The translations under genes and the position numbers were made by a program. Shown here one piece after another: positions 22,944 through 33,202 of a DNA stretch of 35,150 bases. This DNA is from Candidatus Aenigmatarchaeota archaeon (GTDB lineage Archaea; Aenigmatarchaeota; Aenigmatarchaeia; PWEA01): positions 1 through 35,150 of the forward strand of contig PUKU01000032.1 in NCBI GenBank assembly GCA_003550625.1. Reading direction: 5' to 3'. How positions within the stretch are numbered: position 1 is the first letter of the stretch; each line of letters opens with the position of its first letter. The notes below the pieces were generated by a model. It searched no databases, was not told the origin of the DNA, and saw nothing but the letters and a program-made list of their open reading frames with translations.

Positions 22944-24626
22944 CTAAAGAACCTTCTCGAGTATCTTGCCGTAGACCGGCCTTGTGATTAGGACTCCTCC
23001 AAGAACTCCTATTATAGTTGTGATTGCAAAGCCTCTCATCATCCCCACACCGACGAACCCAAGGACTACCATTGCCATTATGGTCGTGGCTGCAGCCGTA
23101 AATACTATAAAGAAAGCTCTCTTAATCCTTCTTTTCATGGAGTATTTGCTTTTCTCATCATCCTTTCTGTCCAGGGTCTCGGAAGTTATGACGATCTGAT
23201 CGTCCACCGAAGAACCTATTGCGGCTATTATACCAGCTATGGCAGGCATATCTATCGTCCAGCCTATCAGTGATGCCACACCCAGTATTATGACAACTTC
23301 GGAAAAGGATGTGAAAAGAACCGGCGCTATTATCTCCTTCTTTCTGTAGATAACGAAAACTATTGCGGTTACGGCCAAGAGTGCACCTATTCCAGCCACG
23401 AGGGCTGACTGTATCATTTCCTCTCCCAGACGTGGACTTATAGAGTCCAGCTGGACCCTAACCAACTCCACTGGCAGTTTACCGCTGTCTAACACGGACT
23501 GAAGGCTTGTCATCTCTTCTATAGCACCCTCTCTCGTTTCCCTGGTCCCTGTTATCATTGGCTCATTTACAACATCGCCTATAAGGGTAGGCTGTATGGT
23601 TAACTGTGTCACGGGCTCTCTGTCCATAAAGAGGTGTATCATGGGACTGTCCAGACCCTCTGTAAGGGCGGCAAAACGTACTGCACCCTCGTCTGATATG
23701 AGAACCTTGAAACTGAACTCATACATCCCTGTATTTCTGTCCTGTCTAACGAAAGCATCTCTGCCGGAAGTATAGACATGCCTTATGTCCTCCGAGTCGT
23801 ATACCATCCCAGCTATTGTAACGGAGTCCTCGGTGGTGTTCCATACCTCGAAGGTTATATCAACGTTTTGAACACCAACGTGCGTTTCGTCGACCGTGAG
23901 GTTGAAGGTGCTGTTTTCCTCAAGCAGGACGTCGCCGTAGTAGAATTCGCCGTTCTCCTTTCTTAGTACATATGTTTGACCGGATACTGTAAACTCGGCC
24001 TCTGTTTCATTTCCAAACTCTACCTCCCTCGGAACGTATGCCTCGAACTCACCCGTTCTCTCCAGCAGCTCATCTACCACCTCCCTTCCAACGCCGGCTG
24101 CCTCTATCTGTATATAGTCGTTACCCAGTGTTTGGAACTCCATCTCCTCCAGACCAAACACGTTAAGCCTGGTCTCCAGTGCAACTATGGTGTCCCTCAG
24201 GAGGTCGCTTTTTTCTGTTTCGTTCAGGCCCTCCTCGAACTGTGGCTCAAGCAGAACACGGGTTCCTCCTATAAGGTCCATTCCCAGGTCCAGGTTTATA
24301 GCCCTGGTTTCCTCTGTGACCAGACCAAGTCCGGTTCCGTCAGCCTGCACGATCACAAGCTCCTCGGATGTCTGGACGTTCATGGTCCCTTCGTAGTTCT
24401 CAAAATCAAGCAGATCCTCCGGTGTCTTTATGGGCTGTTCGTTTATACTCAGTATTCTGTCGCCTTCGGATATTCTTCCAACGAAGGGCGATCCGTCCTC
24501 TATTCTGGTTACAACAGCACCCGTAGCAAATGGGTTGGAGAACAGTGCAAACATAGACATAGCAAGGGCTAGTATCAGTATCCATACTCTCCATTCGTCG
24601 AACAGACTACGTATAGTTTTTTTCAT
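22944..24626 (-). CDS. secD: protein-export membrane protein SecD, with an N-terminal PDZ-like insert
   Basis: 560 aa. TM1, a large extracytoplasmic domain (LDLGMDLIGGTRVLLEP), and a six-helix C-terminal bundle (SSVDDQIVITSE). Residues about 36-98 (GAVVTRIEDGSPFVGRISEGDRILSINEQPIKTPEDL) look PDZ-like. Its ATG overlaps the secF stop. Confidence 0.85.
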   Translation of the reverse strand: MKKTIRSLFDEWRVWILILALAMSMFALFSNPFATGAVVTRIEDGSPFVGRISEGDRILSINEQPIKTPEDLLDFENYEGTMNVQTSEELVIVQADGTGLGLVTEETRAINLDLGMDLIGGTRVLLEPQFEEGLNETEKSDLLRDTIVALETRLNVFGLEEMEFQTLGNDYIQIEAAGVGREVVDELLERTGEFEAYVPREVEFGNETEAEFTVSGQTYVLRKENGEFYYGDVLLEENSTFNLTVDETHVGVQNVDITFEVWNTTEDSVTIAGMVYDSEDIRHVYTSGRDAFVRQDRNTGMYEFSFKVLISDEGAVRFAALTEGLDSPMIHLFMDREPVTQLTIQPTLIGDVVNEPMITGTRETREGAIEEMTSLQSVLDSGKLPVELVRVQLDSISPRLGEEMIQSALVAGIGALLAVTAIVFVIYRKKEIIAPVLFTSFSEVVIILGVASLIGWTIDMPAIAGIIAAIGSSVDDQIVITSETLDRKDDEKSKYSMKRRIKRAFFIVFTAAATTIMAMVVLGFVGVGMMRGFAITTIIGVLGGVLITRPVYGKILEKVL

Positions 24627-25519
24627 CTTTCAACCCACCATCTTATTATAGACGCGTTTCCGAACCATGTTGATATGAAGTCTATGGCCAGTGCGATTAT
24701 GAGAACCGATGCAACCTCCCTCAGAGCCTGGGCCGTGGTAGCTATATAGAGAACTACCAGTGCAGACAGTGTAGTCACCATCATCGCAATATTTGTCCTC
24801 ATGGCCGAAAAGGTCCTCTCGGATACGGTTCCCTTCTTTCTTTTCAACACACGTGTAACAAGTACCACATCCGAGTCCACGGAATAACCTATAACCAAAA
24901 GCAGCCCTGCAAAGGATGCAAGCGTGAGCGGGATCTGGAAGAGCTGCATGACCGCAAGAACAACTATCATGTCCAGGCCAACTGCATATATTATCGCAAC
25001 AAAGGGAATAAAGTCTCTGAATACGAAGAAAACGACCACTCCCATGAATATAAACGCCGCAATCAGAGCAAGACGGGACTGCTCCCAGAAGCCCTCTGCA
25101 AGCCCTGGATCGACCTGGTTGAATGTATAGTCCTCGATCTCCATGCCCCACTCGGTTAGCACATCGACTATCTCTTCTTCCGTAACCCTTATGTCGGTTC
25201 TCACTTCGAGCCGTCTCTCCGTGGCAGATCTGGATGTCCTTATCTCGGTCTCGATCCCCCTATCGGCAAAGTATCTCTCCAGTTCCCTCGTATTTACTTC
25301 CATGTCGATTGGTATGTCCGCGGTGAGCTGGTTACCTCCTCTGAGGTTCAGACCCTTTAGAAGCCACTCGCCCTCCTCCTTGGCTCCGCGCTCCCTTCCC
25401 ATGTTGTAGTAAAGGTACCCTGAGGATACAAGAAGAAGACACAGCGATACCGCAAACAGCATGCGTTTGTCTGCACCACTGTACCAGTCCTGTAGCTTCT
25501 TGACCGTATCCTCCAACAT
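24623..25519 (-). CDS. secF: protein-export membrane protein SecF
   Basis: 298 aa. TM1, a periplasmic domain (GLNLRGGNQL), then a six-helix bundle with GYSVDSDVVLVTRV. Forms a secF-secD operon with a 4-nt overlap. Confidence 0.85.
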   Translation of the reverse strand: MLEDTVKKLQDWYSGADKRMLFAVSLCLLLVSSGYLYYNMGRERGAKEEGEWLLKGLNLRGGNQLTADIPIDMEVNTRELERYFADRGIETEIRTSRSATERRLEVRTDIRVTEEEIVDVLTEWGMEIEDYTFNQVDPGLAEGFWEQSRLALIAAFIFMGVVVFFVFRDFIPFVAIIYAVGLDMIVVLAVMQLFQIPLTLASFAGLLLVIGYSVDSDVVLVTRVLKRKKGTVSERTFSAMRTNIAMMVTTLSALVVLYIATTAQALREVASVLIIALAIDFISTWFGNASIIRWWVER

Positions 25520-25662
25520 ACTAACCCCTTTTATACATCAGGCCTATTAAAAATTAGCCAATTTCCCTGTATAACTGTTGCCATAGAAATAAAAGGTTTC
25601 TGTGTTTGTTCGGCCAGCTAATCCAAGACAAAACTTAAATCATTGGATATAAAACCATTATT

Positions 25663-26700
25663 ATGTACGACCTGATCGTTGTAGGTGCAGGTCCCGTTGG
25701 ATCACACCTGGCCAGGGAGTTCGCGGGACGGGGCCGAACTGTTCTGCTTCTGGAAAGGGGCGAGGTCGGGAAACCGGTCCAGGGAACGGGACACGTTTCA
25801 AGAGACATCTTTGAACACGTACCCAAGGACGAAGGTTTTGTGGAAAAGGATATACATGGGGCCGAAGTTCACAACCGTTTCGGCAGCTACTCCTTTGGAA
25901 GGAACGAACACACCTCATACGTCATAGACAGGGAGGGTTTCGATCGTTTTCTGTTAAGACGTGCCAAGAAAGCGGGGGTGGACTTCAAAAGAGAGGCCTT
26001 TGTGGACTTCAGGGCAACAAAGGGCAAGGTTACAGTCGAAACGAACAAGGACACATATGAGACCAGGTTGCTTGCAGGATGTGACGGGCCTCTCTCTGAC
26101 GTGAGGGTCGCCGCTGAAATCGAAAAACCAGGGCTGTTCCTGCATGGAATCTTTACGAAACAGATAGAGGTAGGTCCGATAAAGCAGGACTATGTAGAGG
26201 TTTTCCTGGATGCATCCAAGGACTTCTTCGGATGGAAGGTTCCAAGGGAAGAGAGCTTTGAATACGGACTGGCCGTGGAACTCGGAGGAGATAGTAGAAA
26301 GGCACTCGAAAGGTTCGCAGAGAAGGAGGGGTTCCATATAACAGACATACACTCTGGGCTGATACCGATACTTCCTCCCGAAAAGGTTACAAGGGGAAGG
26401 GTATTCCTATGTGGAGACGCAGCCGGGCAGGTCAAACCCTTCTCGGGCGGAGGCCTGGTATACGGACTTACATCGGCAGAGATAGCCGCAGAGACGGTAG
26501 ATCCCGAGGATGCAACAACACTGAACCGTTACGAGGAAATGTGGAGGAAGGAGCTTATGGATGAGATAAGGTTTGGGAATAGGATAAGAAAGGTGTACAA
26601 GCTTCCGTTCTTCCTCAGAGCACCGCTACTGTGGACCGGTGTGAGGATGTCGAAAAACGCACACATGGATAGGCCCAGTTCCTTGATTAATTCGGGCTAA
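25663..26700 (+). CDS. geranylgeranyl reductase family FAD-dependent oxidoreductase
   Basis: 345 aa. N-terminal dinucleotide-binding motif YDLIVVGAGPVGS...LLLER, and a second FAD motif LCGDAAGQVKPFSGGG. Confidence 0.8.
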   Translation: MYDLIVVGAGPVGSHLAREFAGRGRTVLLLERGEVGKPVQGTGHVSRDIFEHVPKDEGFVEKDIHGAEVHNRFGSYSFGRNEHTSYVIDREGFDRFLLRRAKKAGVDFKREAFVDFRATKGKVTVETNKDTYETRLLAGCDGPLSDVRVAAEIEKPGLFLHGIFTKQIEVGPIKQDYVEVFLDASKDFFGWKVPREESFEYGLAVELGGDSRKALERFAEKEGFHITDIHSGLIPILPPEKVTRGRVFLCGDAAGQVKPFSGGGLVYGLTSAEIAAETVDPEDATTLNRYEEMWRKELMDEIRFGNRIRKVYKLPFFLRAPLLWTGVRMSKNAHMDRPSSLINSG

Positions 26701-26746
26701 ATGGTAAAATCTTATAACTTAACTTGTTCTAAAGTAGTACAGTGGG

Positions 26747-27316
26747 GTGAAAAATAAGAAATTTGACATAAACATGTCTCACATAGTGATAGCATTTTTG
26801 CTGGTCTTTGCTGTAGGTGCAGTAGCCGGTTGTGTAGGCAACGATGTTCCAGAATCCCCAACTGAGGATACCGATGTTCCTGGGGAAGAAGTAGATGAAG
26901 AAACAGAAGTAACCAGCGTCGATATAACCTTCAATAAGTACGAGGACGAACTCGTTGAAAGTGTTAATATAAAGGCAAGGAACTTCGACGAGGATACGCC
27001 TGATCTACGTGTAGAAATTGAGGACGAAAGAACGCTGATCTTCAACAACGAGGAAGGTGTCGGCTACGACTACGACCCCGAAACAGGTGTCTGGACACAG
27101 TTGGCAGGAACCATGGCGGAAGCGGCAGTGGTTGTATTTGCACAGGCAGCAGTCGATGGACAGAATGTTGCGATGGACTACGGTGTAGACGGAACGGCTG
27201 ACTTTGCTTACGGTGGAGAAGCAGGAGAAATTATAGTCAACGAAGTCAATCCGACTATTTCCGACGATGAGTTTACACCGCCCGATGGAGCTGAAATAGA
27301 AGAAACGCCTTTATGA
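26747..27316 (+). CDS. acidic secreted lipoprotein, function unknown
   Basis: A GTG start at 26747 gives a KNKK n-region; the alternative ATG is at 26774. Hydrophobic core and lipobox-like AVAGC, then a very D/E-rich mature part. Confidence 0.6.
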   Translation: MKNKKFDINMSHIVIAFLLVFAVGAVAGCVGNDVPESPTEDTDVPGEEVDEETEVTSVDITFNKYEDELVESVNIKARNFDEDTPDLRVEIEDERTLIFNNEEGVGYDYDPETGVWTQLAGTMAEAAVVVFAQAAVDGQNVAMDYGVDGTADFAYGGEAGEIIVNEVNPTISDDEFTPPDGAEIEETPL

Positions 27317-27379
27317 CAACCAGCAACCAAAAAACCACAATCCCTTCTTTATTTATTTTATCCACAAACAGAGGATAGT

Positions 27380-28219
27380 ATGGTCTACGCCGATATGCAC
27401 GTCCACACCAATGCATCCGATGGTATACTGAGTCTGGAAGAGATAGTGGAAGAAGCCAAGAAACAGGATGTAAAGGCTGTTGCAATAACAGACCACGATA
27501 CAGTAAATCCCCAGCTCAGAGAAAAACACCAAACCATGGACGGGGTAGGGGTTGTCACTGGAGCAGAGGTAAAAGCAGTCCACCGTGGAGTGGAGATAGA
27601 AATACTCTGCTACTTCCTGGAACCGGGAAACCACGGACTCCAGAAACTGTTCGAAGAGATGAACGCACGCAGACTGGAGAGGATGGATAAGATGGTGGAA
27701 AGGTTCAACTCCCTGGATAAGGAGGTTGGTCTGGAGCTTGAGGATATAGTCGAACTGTCGACGGGCTCCGTCGGAAGGCCACACTTCGCCCGGGCCATAG
27801 TAGAAAGTGGATTAGAAAGTGATTTCTGGACGGCCTTCAAAAAGTACGCCTCCAGGGAAAGTCCATGTTACATGCCCCTAGAGAAACCAGATGTTTCTGT
27901 CGTCATGGAAGGAGCCAAAAAATCAGGGGCCCTTACTTCCCTTGCACATCCCTGCAACGAAAACATAGAGGATTTCCGTGGTTTCATAAAGGGTCTGGTG
28001 GATATGGGACTGGATGGATGTGAAGTAAACTACCCGTACTACAAAAACAACAAGAACCCGAAAATGGATCCCGTGGAGGTAGAAACGGTCACCGAAGAGC
28101 TCGGCCTGATTAAAACCGGGGGTTCAGACTTCCACGATAGAGAGAACTTTACGGTAGGTAAACGGGGCGTAGGTAAGGATATCTTCGACAGTATGAAAGA
28201 TATGGCAGGTATAAACTAG
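27380..28219 (+). CDS. PHP-domain metal-dependent phosphoesterase (TrpH/YciV-like)
   Basis: 279 aa. YADMHVHTNASDG, AITDHDT and LAHP motifs, and a C-terminal GGSDFH. Confidence 0.85.
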   Translation: MVYADMHVHTNASDGILSLEEIVEEAKKQDVKAVAITDHDTVNPQLREKHQTMDGVGVVTGAEVKAVHRGVEIEILCYFLEPGNHGLQKLFEEMNARRLERMDKMVERFNSLDKEVGLELEDIVELSTGSVGRPHFARAIVESGLESDFWTAFKKYASRESPCYMPLEKPDVSVVMEGAKKSGALTSLAHPCNENIEDFRGFIKGLVDMGLDGCEVNYPYYKNNKNPKMDPVEVETVTEELGLIKTGGSDFHDRENFTVGKRGVGKDIFDSMKDMAGIN

Positions 28220-28224
28220 GTCAT

Positions 28225-30207
28225 TCAGAGCTTGATTAGGCTTCCTTTCTCGTCCACGTAGTCTATAAGGCGGCTATAGGTTTCGTTGTGTTTGAGTGTT
28301 TCAGAGTCTCCTACCATTATGAGCTTCTTTCTTGCCCTGGTTATAGAAACGTTTAGCCTTCGGAGGTCTTCGAGAAATCCTATATTACCCTGTTCGTTGG
28401 AACGGACGAATGAAACTACTATAACGTCCTTCTGTCTTCCCTGGAAACCATCGACTGTTTTTATCTCAAGGCCTTCTGTGTCCAGCATGTCCTTAAGAAG
28501 TTCCACCTGATCGTCGTAGGGAGATATCACACCTATGTCCTCCGGACTGACACCCAGATCAATTGCCTCATCTACTATCTTCTTTACCTGGGCGGCCTCC
28601 TTTTCGTTCTCTATGGACTTGGAACCTGTTCTTCTGCTCTCGGACCACTTACCGTGGCTGTCAAGGAACAGCACAACATTATCCGGGTCGAATATACTTT
28701 CCATGTGTTTTCCGGAAGGTTTCCCTGAAACATCCAGGGTATGGTCGGCCACCGATTCGTCTGCCTCAAGCTCTCCGTCGTAGAACTCCTGGCTGGAAAA
28801 GTTCATTATATCGGTGTTCATCCTGTACTGTTTCTCAAGCATCTCCTTTATACCGTCGCCATGTGACTCCAGCATCCTTTCGAAGAGGGTGTCTCCAAGG
28901 CCTCCTTCGCTGGCCTCCTGGCTTATTATGGTCGGTGGCAGCTGCTTGTGGTCTCCTGCCATCACAGTCTTCTCTGCCTTTGCTATAGGTATGAGACAGG
29001 ATGGCTCCGTGGCCTGTGTGGCCTCGTCTATAAATAAAACATCAAAGTCTCTTCCGTCCATAAGTTCACTTCCGGCGGTCGAGTTGGTTGTACAAACAAC
29101 CTCCGAGTCCTTGAGTATCTTCTCCACTGCCTTGTCCTCGAGCTTCTTGGCCGTGTTTATAACCCTTTTCTTTTCCTCCTGTAGTTTTATCCACATCGCC
29201 ATGCTCTTGATCCTGTCGGGCGGTACGCCCTTGCTTCCTTTTCCTTTGTCAGCAAGCTTCTTTATCTTCTTGTTGTCCATGCCTCTTCTCCACTTGCCGG
29301 AGGGGAACGTGTAGTCTTCCTGTTCGTCGCTGAGTTCGTCGGAACGTTCCCACAGTTCCTGTGCCTTCTGATGATCCTTGTTCTCCTGGACCATGTGATC
29401 AAGTGTATGTTCACGGATAGACTCTGTTACACGAACAGGGTGTCCTATCCGAACGGCCTTTACTCCCCTGTTCACGAGGAAGTCAACCATATTGTCCACG
29501 GCAACGTTTGAATCGGCCGTTGCCAGAACTTTCTTTTTTCTCTCCACGTGCTGCTCTATCGCCTCTATAAGTGCAGTGGTTTTTCCTGTTCCAGGAGGAC
29601 CGTGTATAAGCATCAGGTCCTTTGCCTCGAGTGACCTCTTTGCTGCCTTTTTCTGGGATTCGTCAAGTTTATCGTTCTTTACTTCGAACTCCTCGATCTC
29701 TTCAAACCGGGGTTCCATGTTTCCTAATATTATACCCCTCTTGTACATCTCCCTTCCAACAACTACCTGGAAGCTATCTATTGCCTTGAGCATCCTCTGG
29801 AAGGTTACATCGTTAACATAAAGGTCTATCCGTACTCCACCCTCGAATACAAACTCGGGTGGCTTTCCGGGGAAGGATACAGTTATCGAGTAGTCTGTGC
29901 TCTTTGTAACGGTCCCTGTCGGGTTGTTCGAATCGAGTGGGTCCTCCTTTGATACCATCACAAGATCTCCGACAAATATCTCGTTGTCCGGAAGTCCCTC
30001 CTTGATCTTGAACTCGACCATGTGCTCGCCGCGGAAACCTCTTCCATCGTCCTTTCCTTTGAGGTCAAGGACAGCCCTGCCTTTGGACTGTCTCTCCTCG
30101 GGAGACATATTCTCCATCTCGGTCGTATGTCTCTTCATCTCCTCCTCTCGCTCCATCTCCACGAGACGCGAATACTTTTTGCCGTATGATCCGTAATCCG
30201 AGAACAT
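28225..30207 (-). CDS. superfamily 1B helicase, Upf1/IGHMBP2 (DNA2/NAM7) family
   Basis: 660 aa. N-terminal beta-barrel-like domain, Walker A HGPPGTGKTT, DEATQ, GDHKQLPP, VDGFQGRQKDVIVVS, and NVSITRARKKL. Confidence 0.85.
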   Translation of the reverse strand: MFSDYGSYGKKYSRLVEMEREEEMKRHTTEMENMSPEERQSKGRAVLDLKGKDDGRGFRGEHMVEFKIKEGLPDNEIFVGDLVMVSKEDPLDSNNPTGTVTKSTDYSITVSFPGKPPEFVFEGGVRIDLYVNDVTFQRMLKAIDSFQVVVGREMYKRGIILGNMEPRFEEIEEFEVKNDKLDESQKKAAKRSLEAKDLMLIHGPPGTGKTTALIEAIEQHVERKKKVLATADSNVAVDNMVDFLVNRGVKAVRIGHPVRVTESIREHTLDHMVQENKDHQKAQELWERSDELSDEQEDYTFPSGKWRRGMDNKKIKKLADKGKGSKGVPPDRIKSMAMWIKLQEEKKRVINTAKKLEDKAVEKILKDSEVVCTTNSTAGSELMDGRDFDVLFIDEATQATEPSCLIPIAKAEKTVMAGDHKQLPPTIISQEASEGGLGDTLFERMLESHGDGIKEMLEKQYRMNTDIMNFSSQEFYDGELEADESVADHTLDVSGKPSGKHMESIFDPDNVVLFLDSHGKWSESRRTGSKSIENEKEAAQVKKIVDEAIDLGVSPEDIGVISPYDDQVELLKDMLDTEGLEIKTVDGFQGRQKDVIVVSFVRSNEQGNIGFLEDLRRLNVSITRARKKLIMVGDSETLKHNETYSRLIDYVDEKGSLIKL

Positions 30208-30320
30208 ATTGTACCCAAACTTAAGGTCTTCGGAGACTTAAATTAGTATGGGATGTAGTGCCTAAAAAAATGTAAAACAATTAAAAGATAGGTTCTACAA
30301 TTAAACTGATGGTGTGAAGC

Positions 30321-32444
30321 TTGGATATCAGAGAAATATTTGATACATTTTTGGACGAGTGCCGCGAAAGATGGTACCTTCTCATACTTATTGGGGTATT
30401 CGTACTGTCACTCTGGATAAGGCTGCTGGCCATAGACTTGAACTGGCTCCAGGCATACGACCCATACTTTCACCTGAGGTACATGAGCTACATAGCCGAG
30501 TACGGATGGATGCCTGCATGGGATCCTCTGTCCTACTTTCCACCCGGACGTCCAACCACATATCCTGCCATGATGTACTACCTGTCGGGCTACATGTACA
30601 GATTTTTCCAGGGATCTTTCGGATCGCTGATAGAGGCGGCACAGTACTCGACGGCTATATTCGGTGCCCTGATGACAGTACCAGCCTACCTTCTCGGGAA
30701 GGAGTTCTCCGACTGGAAGGCAGGCCTGATTGCTGCAGCGGTAATGGGAACGGTTCCTGCAACCATAAGAAGGACCATGGCAGGCTTCTATGACAACCCT
30801 GCCCTTGTTATATTCTTCTCGATACTAACAGTGTACTTTTTCGCCAGGGCTTTCAAGAAGGGAGACCTCGTCAGCTACTCCGGAGCCGCGATGTCCCTTA
30901 TACTGTTCAGCTTTACATGGGAGCCGGCCTGGTACATAGCCTTCATAGTCGTTGGATCTATTATAGCATACTACGCCGCCATATCAGTATTCGGAAGGGA
31001 GGAGTGGAGGAACAAGGGCAAGAAAACGGACTTTTACGAGAGAATAAAACTTGGCTTTGAACCATTCAAGAAACTAATTGTTCCCACAGTTGGAGCCATG
31101 GCCGTGGCTATCGTCGCAGCATACCTACTGGGTCTACATCCAATAAGTAGAATCATGGACTATATAGCATTTGCGACCAGCCCAGGGGATCTTCAGATAG
31201 TTAACGTCTCCGTAGCAGAGCTGCAGAACCTGGAGGTCATCGGAGCCGAGGCCTGGTCGGAGCTTTTCCAGAGGTTCTCGGGAGCACTAGCCTTCTTCAT
31301 ACCTGGATCTCTGCTTCTCTTCAAGAGGAAGAGGAGGCTAGGTACGCTTCTGCTGACGTGGACACTGATAACGTTCTTCTTTATAACACGTGGTGTGCGA
31401 TTTACAGTGATATTTGCACCGGCTGTGGCAGTATCGACCGGTGTTGCCTTTTCAGAGATACACAGAAACGTTATGAAAACAGGTAGGTACGCACCTATGA
31501 TAGCCTTTGGTTTCCTCGGGTCCCTGCTCATGACCCTTGTCAGCCCCTTCGCAGGGTTTGCACTGGGTATACTGCTCGCTCTCGTCCTTATTTTTGTGGA
31601 CGACGATGGAGATATACACGAAATAACGGAGCCCGTGATTTTGGCAACAGCCGTTCTTATGGTTGTGTTCGTGGCGTCACAGGGCATACAGATGGCATCA
31701 CAGCAGACACAGGAACCAATAACCGACGAATGGGAGGAGGCATACAGGTTCCTTAAACATGAAACAAGTGAGGATGCAGTTGTCGGATCCTGGTGGGACC
31801 CAGGCCACCGTATAGCCGGACTATCACAGAGAAGAAACATGGCTGACGGATACCACTGTCTTGAACAGTACTGTGAGGGAGGGCTCAACACAAGGATAAG
31901 CGACCTGGGTGAGATGCTTGTAACCGACAGTGAGGACAGGATGGTCGAACTCATTGAGAGATACCAGGAAGAGGCTTCGGAGGTATACTGGATAGCATCG
32001 GAGGACCTGATAGGTAAGTACCAGTGGCCCCAGTACTTCTCCACGGGATGCAGGGGAGGTGATCCACAGTGTCCTCTTTACAGCCAGTTCACATACGAGA
32101 GGGAGGCGGAGGGAAGGATAATATACAGAGGCGGGGTACACCTGGAGTTCGTAGATGACGAACCCGTGCCCGTGTTCGAGGGACCCGATACAAGGGGAAC
32201 CTTCGAGAGAGTCGTGTTCTACGAGGACGGTGAACTCAAGGAAAGGACCTTCGAAGAAGAGCAGAACGTGGTTCCGGGAACGCTCTGGGTACATCCACAG
32301 TACTATATGGTTGTTCACATCCCAGAGTTCCAGAGTGATTCGATGTTCACCAGGATGTACTTCGAGGAAGGAGACAGGTTGGATAACTTCGAGCAGGTGT
32401 TCAGAAACGACTACGTAAAGATATACCAGCTCACCGACAACTAA
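30321..32444 (+). CDS. aglB: oligosaccharyltransferase AglB (STT3 family)
   Basis: 707 aa with about 13 N-terminal TM helices. YDPYFHLRY acidic loop motif, SVAELQ in the EL5-like loop, and WWDPGH (31791..31808) in place of WWDYG. The only in-frame start after the upstream TGA (30315..30317) is the TTG at 30321; the next Met is far downstream. Confidence 0.85.
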   Translation: MDIREIFDTFLDECRERWYLLILIGVFVLSLWIRLLAIDLNWLQAYDPYFHLRYMSYIAEYGWMPAWDPLSYFPPGRPTTYPAMMYYLSGYMYRFFQGSFGSLIEAAQYSTAIFGALMTVPAYLLGKEFSDWKAGLIAAAVMGTVPATIRRTMAGFYDNPALVIFFSILTVYFFARAFKKGDLVSYSGAAMSLILFSFTWEPAWYIAFIVVGSIIAYYAAISVFGREEWRNKGKKTDFYERIKLGFEPFKKLIVPTVGAMAVAIVAAYLLGLHPISRIMDYIAFATSPGDLQIVNVSVAELQNLEVIGAEAWSELFQRFSGALAFFIPGSLLLFKRKRRLGTLLLTWTLITFFFITRGVRFTVIFAPAVAVSTGVAFSEIHRNVMKTGRYAPMIAFGFLGSLLMTLVSPFAGFALGILLALVLIFVDDDGDIHEITEPVILATAVLMVVFVASQGIQMASQQTQEPITDEWEEAYRFLKHETSEDAVVGSWWDPGHRIAGLSQRRNMADGYHCLEQYCEGGLNTRISDLGEMLVTDSEDRMVELIERYQEEASEVYWIASEDLIGKYQWPQYFSTGCRGGDPQCPLYSQFTYEREAEGRIIYRGGVHLEFVDDEPVPVFEGPDTRGTFERVVFYEDGELKERTFEEEQNVVPGTLWVHPQYYMVVHIPEFQSDSMFTRMYFEEGDRLDNFEQVFRNDYVKIYQLTDN

Positions 32445-32464
32445 CCACAATAAAAGGTGATAAG

Positions 32465-33139
32465 ATGTCCGTTGCTGCAGTTATACCAGGATACAACGAA
32501 GAGGAGACCATAGGCTTCGTGATAAAGGAAACGGAAAAACACGTGGACGAAGTCATATACGTAGACGACGGCTCCACCGACGGAACAGTAGGGATAGCCC
32601 AGGAACTGGATGCCACGGTACTGGAGTACGGTAAAAATGTTGGCAAGGGTTACGCCCTCCGCACTGGCTTTCGTAGAGCCCTGTGGGAAGGCTATGATAC
32701 GATTGTGTCCCTGGACTCCGATGGACAGCACGATCCTGCCTACATACCCAACTTCCTACGTTCCTTGGAAAAGGCGGACATGGTCCTCGGCTCCAGGTAT
32801 GCAGGACGTCCCTATACGATACCAAGGAACGTTCTGGGGAACTTCGGACTGAACTTCATAACCAACATACTCTCCTACGGACCACAGGGCCTCTTCCGCG
32901 GCCAGTGGCTGAAGGACACACAGACAGGATTCAGGGCCTTCCGTGCAGAGGCACTGGAGAAGATGGATTTACGGTCAAACGAATACTCCATAGAGTCGGA
33001 GATGGTGTACGAAGCAGCAATAAATGAACTAGAGGTGGTGGAGATACCCATACGTATACCGATACGTGTTCCGGGGGTCGGGATCAGGGACGGAGTAAAG
33101 AACGGCCTATGTGTCTTCAAGAAGAGGTTCAACCTGTAA
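32465..33139 (+). CDS. family 2 glycosyltransferase (dolichyl-phosphate sugar synthase-like)
   Basis: 224 aa. VIPGYNEE, DDGSTDGT, and DSDGQHDP (DxD), typical of GT2 Dol-P-Man/Glc synthase-type enzymes. Confidence 0.85.
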   Translation: MSVAAVIPGYNEEETIGFVIKETEKHVDEVIYVDDGSTDGTVGIAQELDATVLEYGKNVGKGYALRTGFRRALWEGYDTIVSLDSDGQHDPAYIPNFLRSLEKADMVLGSRYAGRPYTIPRNVLGNFGLNFITNILSYGPQGLFRGQWLKDTQTGFRAFRAEALEKMDLRSNEYSIESEMVYEAAINELEVVEIPIRIPIRVPGVGIRDGVKNGLCVFKKRFNL

Positions 33140-33202
33140 CAGACGAACGAACGCTCGTCCACAAACATACTTAAAAAGTCACGACAACTATTAAGGTGAA
33201 GG

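Noticed and set aside
27380-30207. A PHP phosphoesterase next to an Upf1/IGHMBP2-like helicase, considered as a possible two-gene nucleic-acid processing or defence module.
   Set aside because: The genes are convergent (stops 5 nt apart), so they are not co-transcribed. Both are widespread housekeeping-type families. No nuclease, methylase or sensor partner is present.
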